A stretch of 64,000 nt of DNA from Longimicrobiales bacterium. Its GTDB lineage: Bacteria > Gemmatimonadota > Gemmatimonadetes > Longimicrobiales > Gaopeijiaceae. The stretch spans positions 832,001 to 896,000 of the forward strand of contig OZ220732.1 in the NCBI GenBank assembly GCA_965116905.1, read 5' to 3'. Shown here piece after piece: positions 1 to 8,543 of this stretch. Position numbers and translations under genes: made by a program. Position 1 is the stretch's first letter. The number at the start of each line of letters is the position of its first letter. The notes under the pieces were generated by a model. It was not told the DNA's origin. It worked only from the letters and a program-made list of their open reading frames with translations, and did not search any database.

Positions 1-920
1 GCGAACGCGACCGCCGCGCCCCAGGTCCGGACGCGCCTGTGGGTCTCCGAGCACTCGACCAGCGCGATGCTGGCGTGCTGCAGCTGCCCCACCGGCGCCG
101 CGATGAACCAGGCGAAGGCTTCGACCACCCCGAACGCGGCCAGGGCCAGATCCGGGTTGGCCGTGCGCGCGAGCACCGCATTGATGATCAGGGGCGTCGC
201 CCACCACAGCAGCACGTTCAACATGAGCGGTGCCGAGAATGCGGCGACGTTCTCGCGGTCGGTTTCGCAGTCCTGCCGCTCGAGCTGGATGTCGGGGGTG
301 GGTGACCACAGGACGATCAGCGTCTCCACGACCAGGCCGCCGGTGAACGCCGCGGCGCCCAGCCACGCGCCGCCGCCGGTGGCCAGAAGGGCGAAGGCGA
401 CGACCGCCAGGATGCCGGTGCGGCTCCCGGTGGCCAGCGCGATGGGCATCGTGCGGTGACCCGCGACGAGGCGTCCCTGGTGCGCCGCGCGGACGGCGGT
501 CAGGAAGGGCACCGGCCACAGGAACTGCATGGCGCGCACGGCTTCGGCCAGCACTTCGGGACCCACGCCCACCGCACCCGCAAACACCAGGTCGCCGACG
601 GACGTGTACGCGATGAGCGCCCCGATCAGCGACATCAGCCCGCCGGTCAGGTAGGCGAAGCGCTTCACCGGCGAGAACGAGGCTTCGGCCAGCAGGCGGG
701 CGGCGGCCACCTGCTGCACCACGAGAAGCGGGGCATAGAGGACCCCGCAGACCGCGAAGGCGACGCTGTAGCCGGCCAGCGCGATGACCGGGTCGGCGGA
801 TCGCGCCAGCGCTGCCGCCAGAATCGGATTGGTGGCGGTCAGCAGAAGGCTGGTCGCCGCCAGGGGCGTGTAGAAGCGGGCGAAACCGCCCGCATTGACG
901 AGTGTTTCGCCTTCCTTCAC
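1..920 (-). CDS. MATE-superfamily / ANKH-like multi-pass membrane transporter (3' end runs off the window)
   Basis: Not in the ORF track. Manual minus-strand translation from GTG 920: MKEGETLVNAGGFARFYTPLAATSLLLTATNPILAAALARSADPVIALAGYSVAFAVCGVLYAPLLVVQQ...; second half repeats the pattern (FSAPLMLNVLLWWATPLIINAVLARTANPDLALAAFGVV), a two-fold internal repeat typical of the MATE fold. Confidence 0.7.
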   Translation of the reverse strand, partial: MKEGETLVNAGGFARFYTPLAATSLLLTATNPILAAALARSADPVIALAGYSVAFAVCGVLYAPLLVVQQVAAARLLAEASFSPVKRFAYLTGGLMSLIGALIAYTSVGDLVFAGAVGVGPEVLAEAVRAMQFLWPVPFLTAVRAAHQGRLVAGHRTMPIALATGSRTGILAVVAFALLATGGGAWLGAAAFTGGLVVETLIVLWSPTPDIQLERQDCETDRENVAAFSAPLMLNVLLWWATPLIINAVLARTANPDLALAAFGVVEAFAWFIAAPVGQLQHASIALVECSETHRRVRTWGAAVAF

Positions 921-975
921 CCGAATGTGGACCTTACCATGTGTCGTGTCACCCCAGCAAAAAAGGCCCCGAAAG

Positions 976-1809
976 ATGACGGATCGAGGGATTCCATACT
1001 ATACCGTGGATGCATTCACCGACACCCCGTTTGGCGGCAACCCCGCGGCGGTGTGTCTCGAGATCGACGACCTGTCCGATTCTGCCATGGCGCGGATCGC
1101 CGCCGAAATGAACCTCTCCGAAACCGCGTTCGTCTACGCGCCGGACAGCGGCGGCGAGCGGCGGCTGCGCTGGTTCACTCCCGTGGCCGAGGTGCCGCTC
1201 TGCGGCCACGCCACCCTGGCCAGTGCTCACGTGCTGCTTCGTGAAGCCGGGCTGGCGCAGCCGGCGCGCTTCCAGTCCCTGTCGGGCCCGCTGCTGGTGA
1301 GCGAAGAGGACGGCCGGCTGCGCATGGATTTCCCCGCGAACCCGCCCCGCGAGGCGCCCATGCCGGCCGGCTTGTCCGAGGCGCTGGGGATCGGCGGCGG
1401 GGACGCATCCCGGGCCACCTTCACCACATCGGGCAAGGTCGCGCTGGTCGTGGTCGACACGGAGGCGGAGGTCCTCTCCATCCGCCCCGATTTCGGCGCG
1501 CTCGGCAGGGTGCGCCTGCCCGGCGGCGTCATGGGCGTAGCGGTCACCGCGCCGGGCGCCGAGCCGCATGTCGACTTCGTGTCGCGGTTCTTCGCGCCCT
1601 GGCTCGGCGTGGACGAGGATCCCGTCACGGGCGTGGCCCACACCACCCTCACGCCCTACTGGTCGGCCGTGCTGGAAAAGGCGGAAATGGCTGCCCGGCA
1701 GCGGTCGGCGCGGGGCGGCGAGCTCACCGTGCGGGCCCGGGGAGACCGCGTCGAGCTCGTGGGGCAGGCGGTCACGGTCGCGGCGGGGAGCATGGTGCGC
1801 CCCGGCTAA
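976..1809 (+). CDS. PhzF family isomerase/epimerase
   Basis: VDAFTDTPFGGNPAAV, EMNLSETAF, RWFTPVAEVPLCGHATLA, EDPVTG motifs; start placed at ATG 976. Confidence 0.92.
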   Translation: MTDRGIPYYTVDAFTDTPFGGNPAAVCLEIDDLSDSAMARIAAEMNLSETAFVYAPDSGGERRLRWFTPVAEVPLCGHATLASAHVLLREAGLAQPARFQSLSGPLLVSEEDGRLRMDFPANPPREAPMPAGLSEALGIGGGDASRATFTTSGKVALVVVDTEAEVLSIRPDFGALGRVRLPGGVMGVAVTAPGAEPHVDFVSRFFAPWLGVDEDPVTGVAHTTLTPYWSAVLEKAEMAARQRSARGGELTVRARGDRVELVGQAVTVAAGSMVRPG

Positions 1810-2063
1810 AGCTTCGACAGGTCGATCGACTCGTCGATGAGCATCACGGGGATCCCGTCGCGGATGGCGTAGAGGATCCGGCCGTCCTCCCGCACGAGAC
1901 CCTCCGTGACGGGCTCGGTCACCGCATCGCCGCCGAGGTTTTCGACCGCACCGCCCTCGATCGCGGCGTTCAGGCGGTCGAGCACCACCGTGTCCGCCAT
2001 GCTGACGGGCGTCCTGTTCTCGGGACAGACCAGAATGTCCAGCAGCTCCTGATCGATGGGCAC
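1806..2063 (-). CDS. Trm112/UPF0434 family protein
   Basis: IDQELLDILVCPE...YAIRDGIPVMLIDE. Confidence 0.85.
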   Translation of the reverse strand: MPIDQELLDILVCPENRTPVSMADTVVLDRLNAAIEGGAVENLGGDAVTEPVTEGLVREDGRILYAIRDGIPVMLIDESIDLSKL

Positions 2064-2198
2064 GCGCTTGGTCCTCGGCCTTGGGTAGGTGGGATCGGGC
2101 GCAGTAAGTTAGGCAGCGTGACGGGCTGGCGGAATGGCGGAATGGCGGACGGTCCGCGCAGGGACCCGCGCGAGCACCCGGGAACGAGGGGGAAGAAC

Positions 2199-2783
2199 AT
2201 GAACGGGAACAGGACACGGGTAGCGGCGGGTCTCGCGGTGATCGCCGTGCTGGCGGTGGCAGGCGGGGCGGCGTGCGGGGCGGGGAACGGCGGCGGACCC
2301 CAGGCGGGATCGGCGGCCGCCACGGGCGCGGCGGCCCCCACGGGCTCGGCGGCCGCAGGCGCGGCCCGCTCCGAAAACGCTGCGCAGCAGCTCGTGCTGC
2401 CGGCGCCCGGGAAGGCCTGGGTGATCTTCGGCGCGGACACCGTGGTCGCCGAGGTCGCCAGCACTCCCGAGCAGCGTGAGAAGGGCCTCATGGACCGCAG
2501 CGCGGTGCCCGACGGAACCGGCATGCTCTTCGTCTTCAACCAGAGCGAGGAGCGGTCGTTCTGGATGAAGGACACCCACGTTGCGCTCGACATCGCCTTC
2601 TTCGACGACACGAACACGATCGCGGGCATCAAGCAGATGGAGGCGCTGGACGAGACCTTGACCGATTCCGACATCGCCACGGCGCTGGTGCTGGAGGTGC
2701 GCCGGGGATGGTTCGCGGAGCACGGAATCGGCGAGGGAGCGACGGCCGAGGTCGTCTTCGGCCCCGGCCTCACGGTGCGCTAG
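2199..2783 (+). CDS. DUF192 family protein, putative lipoprotein
   Basis: EVASTPEQREKGLM, GMLFVF, FWMKDT, VLEV motifs; N-terminal signal ending AAC. Confidence 0.85.
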   Translation: MNGNRTRVAAGLAVIAVLAVAGGAACGAGNGGGPQAGSAAATGAAAPTGSAAAGAARSENAAQQLVLPAPGKAWVIFGADTVVAEVASTPEQREKGLMDRSAVPDGTGMLFVFNQSEERSFWMKDTHVALDIAFFDDTNTIAGIKQMEALDETLTDSDIATALVLEVRRGWFAEHGIGEGATAEVVFGPGLTVR

Positions 2784-2807
2784 CCCAAGGGACAGACTAG
2801 CGGCGCA

Positions 2808-2868
2808 TCACTTCCCGAGAGGCGCCCGTCACTTCCCGAGAGGCGCCCGTCACTTCCCGAGAGGCGCC
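2808..2868. repeat. 21-bp tandem repeat x3 (TCACTTCCCGAGAGGCGCCCG) duplicating the last codons and stop of the aminotransferase gene
   Basis: Units at 2808, 2829, 2850 (last partial). Confidence 0.95.
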
Positions 2869-4082
2869 TCGAAGGCCTGCACCAGCGCCTCCGCGTCTTC
2901 TTCCGTGTTGTAGACGTTGGGCGACACGCGGATGCTCGTGCCGCGGAACGAAACCCCGACGCGGTGACGCTCGAGGCTCGCCTTCACCCGGTCCAGCTCT
3001 GTGCCTTGCGGGAGTCCGAGTCCGAACAGGTGCGGGGAGCGCCACGGCTCGTCCTCTACCTGCACGCCCAGGCTTTGCAGCCGGGGAAACGCGTCCTGCA
3101 TGAGGGCGGCCGTGTACGCGGCCACCCGCTCCGGACGCCACTCCAGCAACAGGTTCAGCGACGCCGACAGCGCCGGAATCAGCGCGAAGTTGCTGCGCTG
3201 CCCCACGTCGAAGCGGATCGCCCCGGGCTGGTACTCGTCCTCGTACTCGACCAGGCCGGCGAAGTTCTGCGAATCGCGGCGGCCGTGCCACGTCTCCTCG
3301 AGCGGGATTCCGTCCAGATACCGGTCTCCGAACCAGGCCAGCGACAGCGAATACGGGCCCAGCAGCCACTTGTACGCGGCGACGACGAGGGCGTCGGGCT
3401 CGAGCGCGGCCACGTCGATCGGCGCGGCCCCCACGGTCTGCGTCCCGTCGAGGATCAGCGCGGCGCCGACCTCGCGGGTCTTCGCGCGGACGGCGTCCAC
3501 GTCGAAGCGGGTCCCATCGGTCCAGTGCACGGTTCCCATGGACACCGCCACGGTGCCGCGGTCGATCCGGTCCAGAATCCGGTCCGTCCATCCCGCGCCG
3601 CGCCCTCCTTCCGTCGGGGGTCGCACCACGCGTAGCTCGCCGCCCTTCTCGGCCACCAGCCGCCGCCACGGATAGACGTTGCCGGGAAACTGCTGGTGCA
3701 CGATCACGACATTGGCGCCGCGCCCGGTCTCGGTGTTGCGCGTGATCGTCGACACCGCGTACGACACCGACGGCACGGTCGCGACCTGATTCGGCTCCGG
3801 CGCCCCGATCAGCCTGGCAAAGCGCTCGCGGAGTTCGTCCGCGGGATCGAAGAAGTCCTCGGGCGAGATCGCCTGCGGGAAGCGCTTGGCCCTGAGGCCC
3901 TCGATCCCGGCACGCTCCGCCGCCCGCGGGAGCGGGCCCATGTACGCGCAGTTGATGTAGTGGAAGTCGTCCGGCAGCGAGAAGTGCGCCCGCTGGCAGG
4001 CGAGCGCAGCCGCCGCAGGCCGCCCGGGCTCCGGGGCCGGGGCCGGGGCCGCAGATCCGTCCACGCTTGTGAATCGTTTCAC
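2850..4082 (-). CDS. Class V PLP-dependent aminotransferase (cysteine desulfurase/selenocysteine lyase-like)
   Basis: YINCAYMGP, DGTQTVG, AAYKWLLGP (PLP lysine), IRVSPNVYN; GTG start overlaps upstream stop (GTGA). Confidence 0.88.
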   Translation of the reverse strand: MKRFTSVDGSAAPAPAPEPGRPAAAALACQRAHFSLPDDFHYINCAYMGPLPRAAERAGIEGLRAKRFPQAISPEDFFDPADELRERFARLIGAPEPNQVATVPSVSYAVSTITRNTETGRGANVVIVHQQFPGNVYPWRRLVAEKGGELRVVRPPTEGGRGAGWTDRILDRIDRGTVAVSMGTVHWTDGTRFDVDAVRAKTREVGAALILDGTQTVGAAPIDVAALEPDALVVAAYKWLLGPYSLSLAWFGDRYLDGIPLEETWHGRRDSQNFAGLVEYEDEYQPGAIRFDVGQRSNFALIPALSASLNLLLEWRPERVAAYTAALMQDAFPRLQSLGVQVEDEPWRSPHLFGLGLPQGTELDRVKASLERHRVGVSFRGTSIRVSPNVYNTEEDAEALVQAFEAPLGK

Positions 4083-5059
4083 AAGCCCCCCTCCCCGTTC
4101 CCCGGGTTGCCATCCACCCACCGCTGCGTGACGTCGTGCAGGGCGATCGGCGCATCACGGAGCGCGGTCATGGAGATCTGCTCGACCATTTCGTGGACCT
4201 GCGCCAGTTCGGCCCGGCCGTCCGCGAGCAGGCCGACCACGTTCTGGACAACGTCGTTCGGGACATCCGCCATGCCGATCACCCAGTTCATGATCCCAGC
4301 CGTGGGCACGGCTTCTTCGGTGCCGGGATAGCTCCCCGCCGGGATTTCACCGTGGACGTAGTACGGATAGCGCTCGCGCAGGTAGTCGATCTGCTCCGCG
4401 CCCATCGGGAGCAGGCGCGCGCCGCCGGTCGTGGTGGCCTCCAGCACCGCGGCGGCCGGGTAGCCCACCGAGATGATCGCGGCGTCCAGCGCGCCGTCCT
4501 TGAGCGCGGTGGCCGACTCGTTGAAGCTCAGGTAGCGCACCGTCACGTCGTCGTAGGTCAGCCCGTAGGCCTCGAGGATCTGGCGCGACATCTGCTCGGT
4601 GCCGCTTCCCGCCGCGCCCACCGACACCGTGCCGCCCGCGAGCTCGGCAAGCGAGGTCGCCGTGGTGCCGCGCGACACGACGATGTGCGTCATGTTCGGG
4701 TAGAGTGGCGCGAGGATCCTCAGCTCCGCGACGGCCTCGTCATAGTCCAGGCCGCCCGTCGCCGCCTCGTAGACGGTGTTGCCGGTGGCGAAGGCCAGGT
4801 CGATCTGCCGCTCCCGGAGGCGGTTGACGTTCTCCACCGAGCCGCCGCTCACTTCGGCGGTGTACTGCCGCAGCGTGTCCATGACCGAGAGGCGCGCGGC
4901 GATCGCACCCCCCAGCGGATAGTAGATCCCGCCGGTGCCGGCCGTGCCGAGGCTGAGGAACTGCTGGGGACCGGAACCCGAACAGGCGGCCAGGCCCGAG
5001 ACGGCCAGCACCGCGGCCGCAAGCAGCCCCGTGGTTCGCTTGGTGGTTGGTGATTTCAT
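4079..5059 (-). CDS. TAXI family TRAP transporter solute-binding lipoprotein
   Basis: Lipobox LAAC; GTAGTGGIYYPLGG, SGGSVENV, VGAAGSGTE. Confidence 0.93.
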   Translation of the reverse strand: MKSPTTKRTTGLLAAAVLAVSGLAACSGSGPQQFLSLGTAGTGGIYYPLGGAIAARLSVMDTLRQYTAEVSGGSVENVNRLRERQIDLAFATGNTVYEAATGGLDYDEAVAELRILAPLYPNMTHIVVSRGTTATSLAELAGGTVSVGAAGSGTEQMSRQILEAYGLTYDDVTVRYLSFNESATALKDGALDAAIISVGYPAAAVLEATTTGGARLLPMGAEQIDYLRERYPYYVHGEIPAGSYPGTEEAVPTAGIMNWVIGMADVPNDVVQNVVGLLADGRAELAQVHEMVEQISMTALRDAPIALHDVTQRWVDGNPGNGEGGL

Positions 5060-6948
5060 TTCCGCTCACTTTGGCGAGGGGTGATCGATTCGTCGCTTCC
5101 GGGCGGAACCCCCGCGAGGCCGGCGCCCAGGAAAAGGATCAAACCTATCCCGTCCCAGAGGAAGCCGGGTGCGATCAGCGCGAGGGCCGCCACCATCATC
5201 AGCAATCTCCGCCCTCTCCCCAAGGAACCCCTCACATGTCCGATCACCGCCCCGGCAAGCGCGATGACCCCGATCAGCGCAGACACCGTCGTGGTGACGA
5301 TCTCCGTCGCCGACCCGTCCAGGATCAGCGCGGGCGCGTAGACGAACATGAACGGCACGAGGAAGCCGGCCGACGCGAGTCCCATGGCGGTCCACGCCGT
5401 CTTCAGGGGCGGCGAGCCCGAGATTCCCGCGGCGGCGTACGCGGCGAGCGAGACGGGGGGCGTCACGTTCGAGATGCAGCCGAAGTAGAAGATGAAGAGG
5501 TGCGCGGCCAGGAGGGGCACGCCGAGTTCGACCAGCGCGGGCGCGCCGAGGGCGGCGAGGACGACGTAGGCGGCGGTGGTCGGCAGCCCCATGCCCAGCA
5601 CGATCGAGCCCAGGGCGGTCAGGATCAGGGCGACGAGCAGATTGCCCTGCGAGACGACCACGATCAGCTCGGACATCCGCAGCCCGATGCCGGTCAGCGA
5701 CGCGACGCCGACCACAATGCCGGCCGCGGCGCAGGCTGCCGCCACCTGGACCGCCCCCGAGGCCGCCCGCCGCAGCGAACGCGCGATCTTGGCGAGCCCG
5801 GGTCGCGTGTGGGGGAAGGCGTACGCGGCCAGCACCGACGTGACGACGCCCCAGAAGGCGGCCCGCATGGGCGATCGTCCCAGCGCGAGCATCAGGACGA
5901 TGATCAGCACGGGGATGAGCAGGTGTATGCGCCTGGCGATCTCCTCCGCCCGGCCCGTGGCGCTGCCTTCGAGCCCCACCTTGGTGGCGCGGAAGTGGAT
6001 GGCCCACAGGAGGGCCGTGTAGTAGAGGATGGCGGGGATCGCGGCCGAGAGCGCCACGGTTGCGTACGGGATGTTGGTCCAGGTCGCCAGGATGAAGGCG
6101 CCCGCGCCCATGACCGGGGGCATCAGCTGGCCGCCGGTGCTGGCCGCGGCCTCGATCGCGCCGGCGAAGAAGCGCCGGAATCCGGACCGGCGCATGAGGG
6201 GGATGGTGAAGGTCCCGGTCGTGACGACGTTCGCCACCGCGCTTCCCGACAGCGAGCCCATGAACGCGCTCGCCACCGCCGCCGTCTTCGCGGGGCCGCC
6301 CCGGGTGCGGCCGGCCACGCGGTCCGCAAGCGCGATCAGCAGACCGCCGCCGCCCGCGACGTCGAGGAACGCGCCGAAAAGCACGAAGAGGTAGACGAAA
6401 TCGGCGGATACGCCCAGGGGGACGCCCCAGATTCCCTCCGTGGACAGGTAGAGCTGCTCGATCAGGCGCCCGGGTCCGTACCCGCGGTGAGCGAGCACGC
6501 CCGGCAGCCAGGGTCCGGCAAGCGCATACAGCAGCGCGCCGCTGGCGACCACGACCAGGCCCCACCCGGTCGCGCGCCGGGCCAGGAGCAGCACCCCGGC
6601 GACCAGCACCGCCCCCGTCGCCAGGTCGAGGGTCGTCGGGCTGCCCGAACGCGCCACCAGCGCTTCGTTCTGGGAGACGAGGTAGAGGGCGCAGGTGACC
6701 AGGACGGTGCCGAAGACCGCGTTGAAGATCCATCCCCACTTCGATTTGGGGAGCGCCCGGACCCCGACGCCCAGGAACGCGAGCGAGGCCATGAGGGCGA
6801 GGTGCACGGGTCGCTGGACGAGCGCGGTGAAGGGCGAGAAGCCGGCGCCAAAGAGGTGGAAGGCGGCGGCCAGCGCGGCGACGGCCAGGATCGCGCGCGC
6901 ACGGAGCGAGCCGCGGGGATCCCTGGCTTCGGCGGAAGCTGCGGTCAA
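5056..6948 (-). CDS. TRAP transporter fused 4TM/12TM permease
   Basis: GGPAKTA, SGSAVANVVTTGTFTIPLM, EAAASTGGQLMPPVMGAGAF, GMGLPTTAAY, NVTPPVSLAAY; adjacent to TAXI gene. Confidence 0.93.
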   Translation of the reverse strand: MTAASAEARDPRGSLRARAILAVAALAAAFHLFGAGFSPFTALVQRPVHLALMASLAFLGVGVRALPKSKWGWIFNAVFGTVLVTCALYLVSQNEALVARSGSPTTLDLATGAVLVAGVLLLARRATGWGLVVVASGALLYALAGPWLPGVLAHRGYGPGRLIEQLYLSTEGIWGVPLGVSADFVYLFVLFGAFLDVAGGGGLLIALADRVAGRTRGGPAKTAAVASAFMGSLSGSAVANVVTTGTFTIPLMRRSGFRRFFAGAIEAAASTGGQLMPPVMGAGAFILATWTNIPYATVALSAAIPAILYYTALLWAIHFRATKVGLEGSATGRAEEIARRIHLLIPVLIIVLMLALGRSPMRAAFWGVVTSVLAAYAFPHTRPGLAKIARSLRRAASGAVQVAAACAAAGIVVGVASLTGIGLRMSELIVVVSQGNLLVALILTALGSIVLGMGLPTTAAYVVLAALGAPALVELGVPLLAAHLFIFYFGCISNVTPPVSLAAYAAAGISGSPPLKTAWTAMGLASAGFLVPFMFVYAPALILDGSATEIVTTTVSALIGVIALAGAVIGHVRGSLGRGRRLLMMVAALALIAPGFLWDGIGLILFLGAGLAGVPPGSDESITPRQSERK

Positions 6949-6979
6949 AGGGGCAGCCAGACGGGCAGAGGGTGGCCGG

Positions 6980-7681
6980 CTAGACCAGAGCTCTGATCAC
7001 CGCGATCACGACCAGCACTCCGACAAGGACCATCGCGGTGGACGTCGCACTGCGCCGCTCGTCGATCACGGCCAGCCCGATGCCGGCGACGATGCAGGAC
7101 CACAGGGGGAACAGGTCGACCGCGGAGAGCATTTCGAAAAGGAAGCCCTCCGGGAGGAAGGGGAAGAAGGAGCCGACCGACAGCGTCTGTTCCACATCCA
7201 GGCTCCGCACCCGGAGGGGGTACAGGAGGACATGCCCGACCGCCGCGACTACGCCGGCGTGCGCGTTGACGCAGAGGTGCTGCCTGAAGGTCGCGCGATC
7301 TCCGCGGATGAAGACGAAGATCACGTAGGTCACGAGGGTGAAGACCAGCGGGGAGATGAGCGTGACCAGCGCGGCGCCCCCGGCGCCCACGGTGCGCATG
7401 ACCCCCGCCGGAATATCCGGCATCTGGTCCCGCTGCTCCGGCGGGACGTTGTCCCAGAGGGCCTCGAATGCCTCGGCCGGGAGCAGGAATATCGCCGCGC
7501 CGACCACGAAGGCCACGAACAGGGTCACCGGGAACCAGGCGGGATTCCGCGCGAGCGCCCGAAACAGGTCCCCCGGCTGCCCGAACACCATCCAGAGGCG
7601 GCGGACGAACGCCGGGCGGGGGGGCGGTTCCTCGACGGTGGCGTCGACGTATCTTACGGGGGCCCGGGGCGCATCGGTCAT
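6980..7681 (-). CDS. Yip1 domain membrane protein
   Basis: VFGQPGDLFRAL N-terminal motif, about 5 TM segments, DLFPLW; AGGAGA RBS before ATG 7681. Confidence 0.75.
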   Translation of the reverse strand: MTDAPRAPVRYVDATVEEPPPRPAFVRRLWMVFGQPGDLFRALARNPAWFPVTLFVAFVVGAAIFLLPAEAFEALWDNVPPEQRDQMPDIPAGVMRTVGAGGAALVTLISPLVFTLVTYVIFVFIRGDRATFRQHLCVNAHAGVVAAVGHVLLYPLRVRSLDVEQTLSVGSFFPFLPEGFLFEMLSAVDLFPLWSCIVAGIGLAVIDERRSATSTAMVLVGVLVVIAVIRALV

Positions 7682-7857
7682 GTCCGTTTCTCCTTCCTGG
7701 TCTGCCGCGATCCGCTGACTTCGGGCCGCCGGGCCGCCGTCAGGCTCGTGTCGCGACGGCATCCAACCTATGCCCCCGATTCTGGCCGGGCAATCGGATA
7801 GGGGTTATCGTTCTTGGCTGAAAAACGCATGGGGTACGACAAATTCGGCGAGGTGTG

Positions 7858-8427
7858 ATGAGCTACAGGACAAACCCGGACCGCATTCTTGAGAGCATAG
7901 ATCGGGCGCGCAGCAGGGACATCGAGCGCGCGCTTTCGTTGAACGACCGCCAGGCCCGGGGCAGAGACATGGACACGGAGATTCCCGATGGGGACTCGAC
8001 CACGCCCGAGCGCATGCGGCGCCTGTTCTCGCTGATCGAGGCCGGATACAGGAAGGCCGCGCAGAGTTCGGAAATGAGGCCTCTCGCCGACCGTTTCCGG
8101 GCCATCGGCGACATCTCCCACCACATGGCGCGCGGCGACGTCAGCGTTTCGATCCACTACATCGACTCGGACCGCCACGACGATGTCGGCGTGGTCCCGT
8201 TCGAGATCATCCCGAAACACCTCGAAGACGCGAAGAAGGAGACGCGCACCTCGAGGCCCGATGTCAACGCGATCAAGGTCCTGCGGCTGCGGCTCCGGGA
8301 CGGGGTGCTGGCGGCCTACCGCAAGATCGACCCGCGCCTCCGCGATGCCCTCAAGGATCGCGCCGACATCGGCCATGTCGAGGCGGAGGTGACCATGGAC
8401 CTGCGGCCGAGCGTTCCGGTCCTGTAG
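7858..8427 (+). CDS. hypothetical cytoplasmic protein
   Basis: Clean 189-aa ORF with GAGGT RBS and normal composition; family not recognised. Confidence 0.75.
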   Translation: MSYRTNPDRILESIDRARSRDIERALSLNDRQARGRDMDTEIPDGDSTTPERMRRLFSLIEAGYRKAAQSSEMRPLADRFRAIGDISHHMARGDVSVSIHYIDSDRHDDVGVVPFEIIPKHLEDAKKETRTSRPDVNAIKVLRLRLRDGVLAAYRKIDPRLRDALKDRADIGHVEAEVTMDLRPSVPVL

Positions 8428-8493
8428 CTCCGGCTGTAGCACCAGCTGTAGCTTCGGCTGTAGCACCAGCTGTAGCTCCGGCACCAGCTCCGG
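8422..8493. repeat. 12-bp tandem repeat x6 (CTGTAGC(T/A)(C/T)C(G/A)G) starting at the last codon + TAG stop of the upstream gene
   Basis: Units at 8422, 8434, 8446, 8458, 8470 and degenerate 8482. Confidence 0.92.
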
Positions 8494-8543
8494 CCCATCC
8501 AGCCATGTAACCGCCCCGGGGTCCGTGCGACCTTCGGGGCACG

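Noticed and set aside
8422..8481. Amber (pyrrolysine) read-through of repeated CTG TAG
   Set aside because: No pyl genes or other evidence; simple duplication of the gene end suffices.
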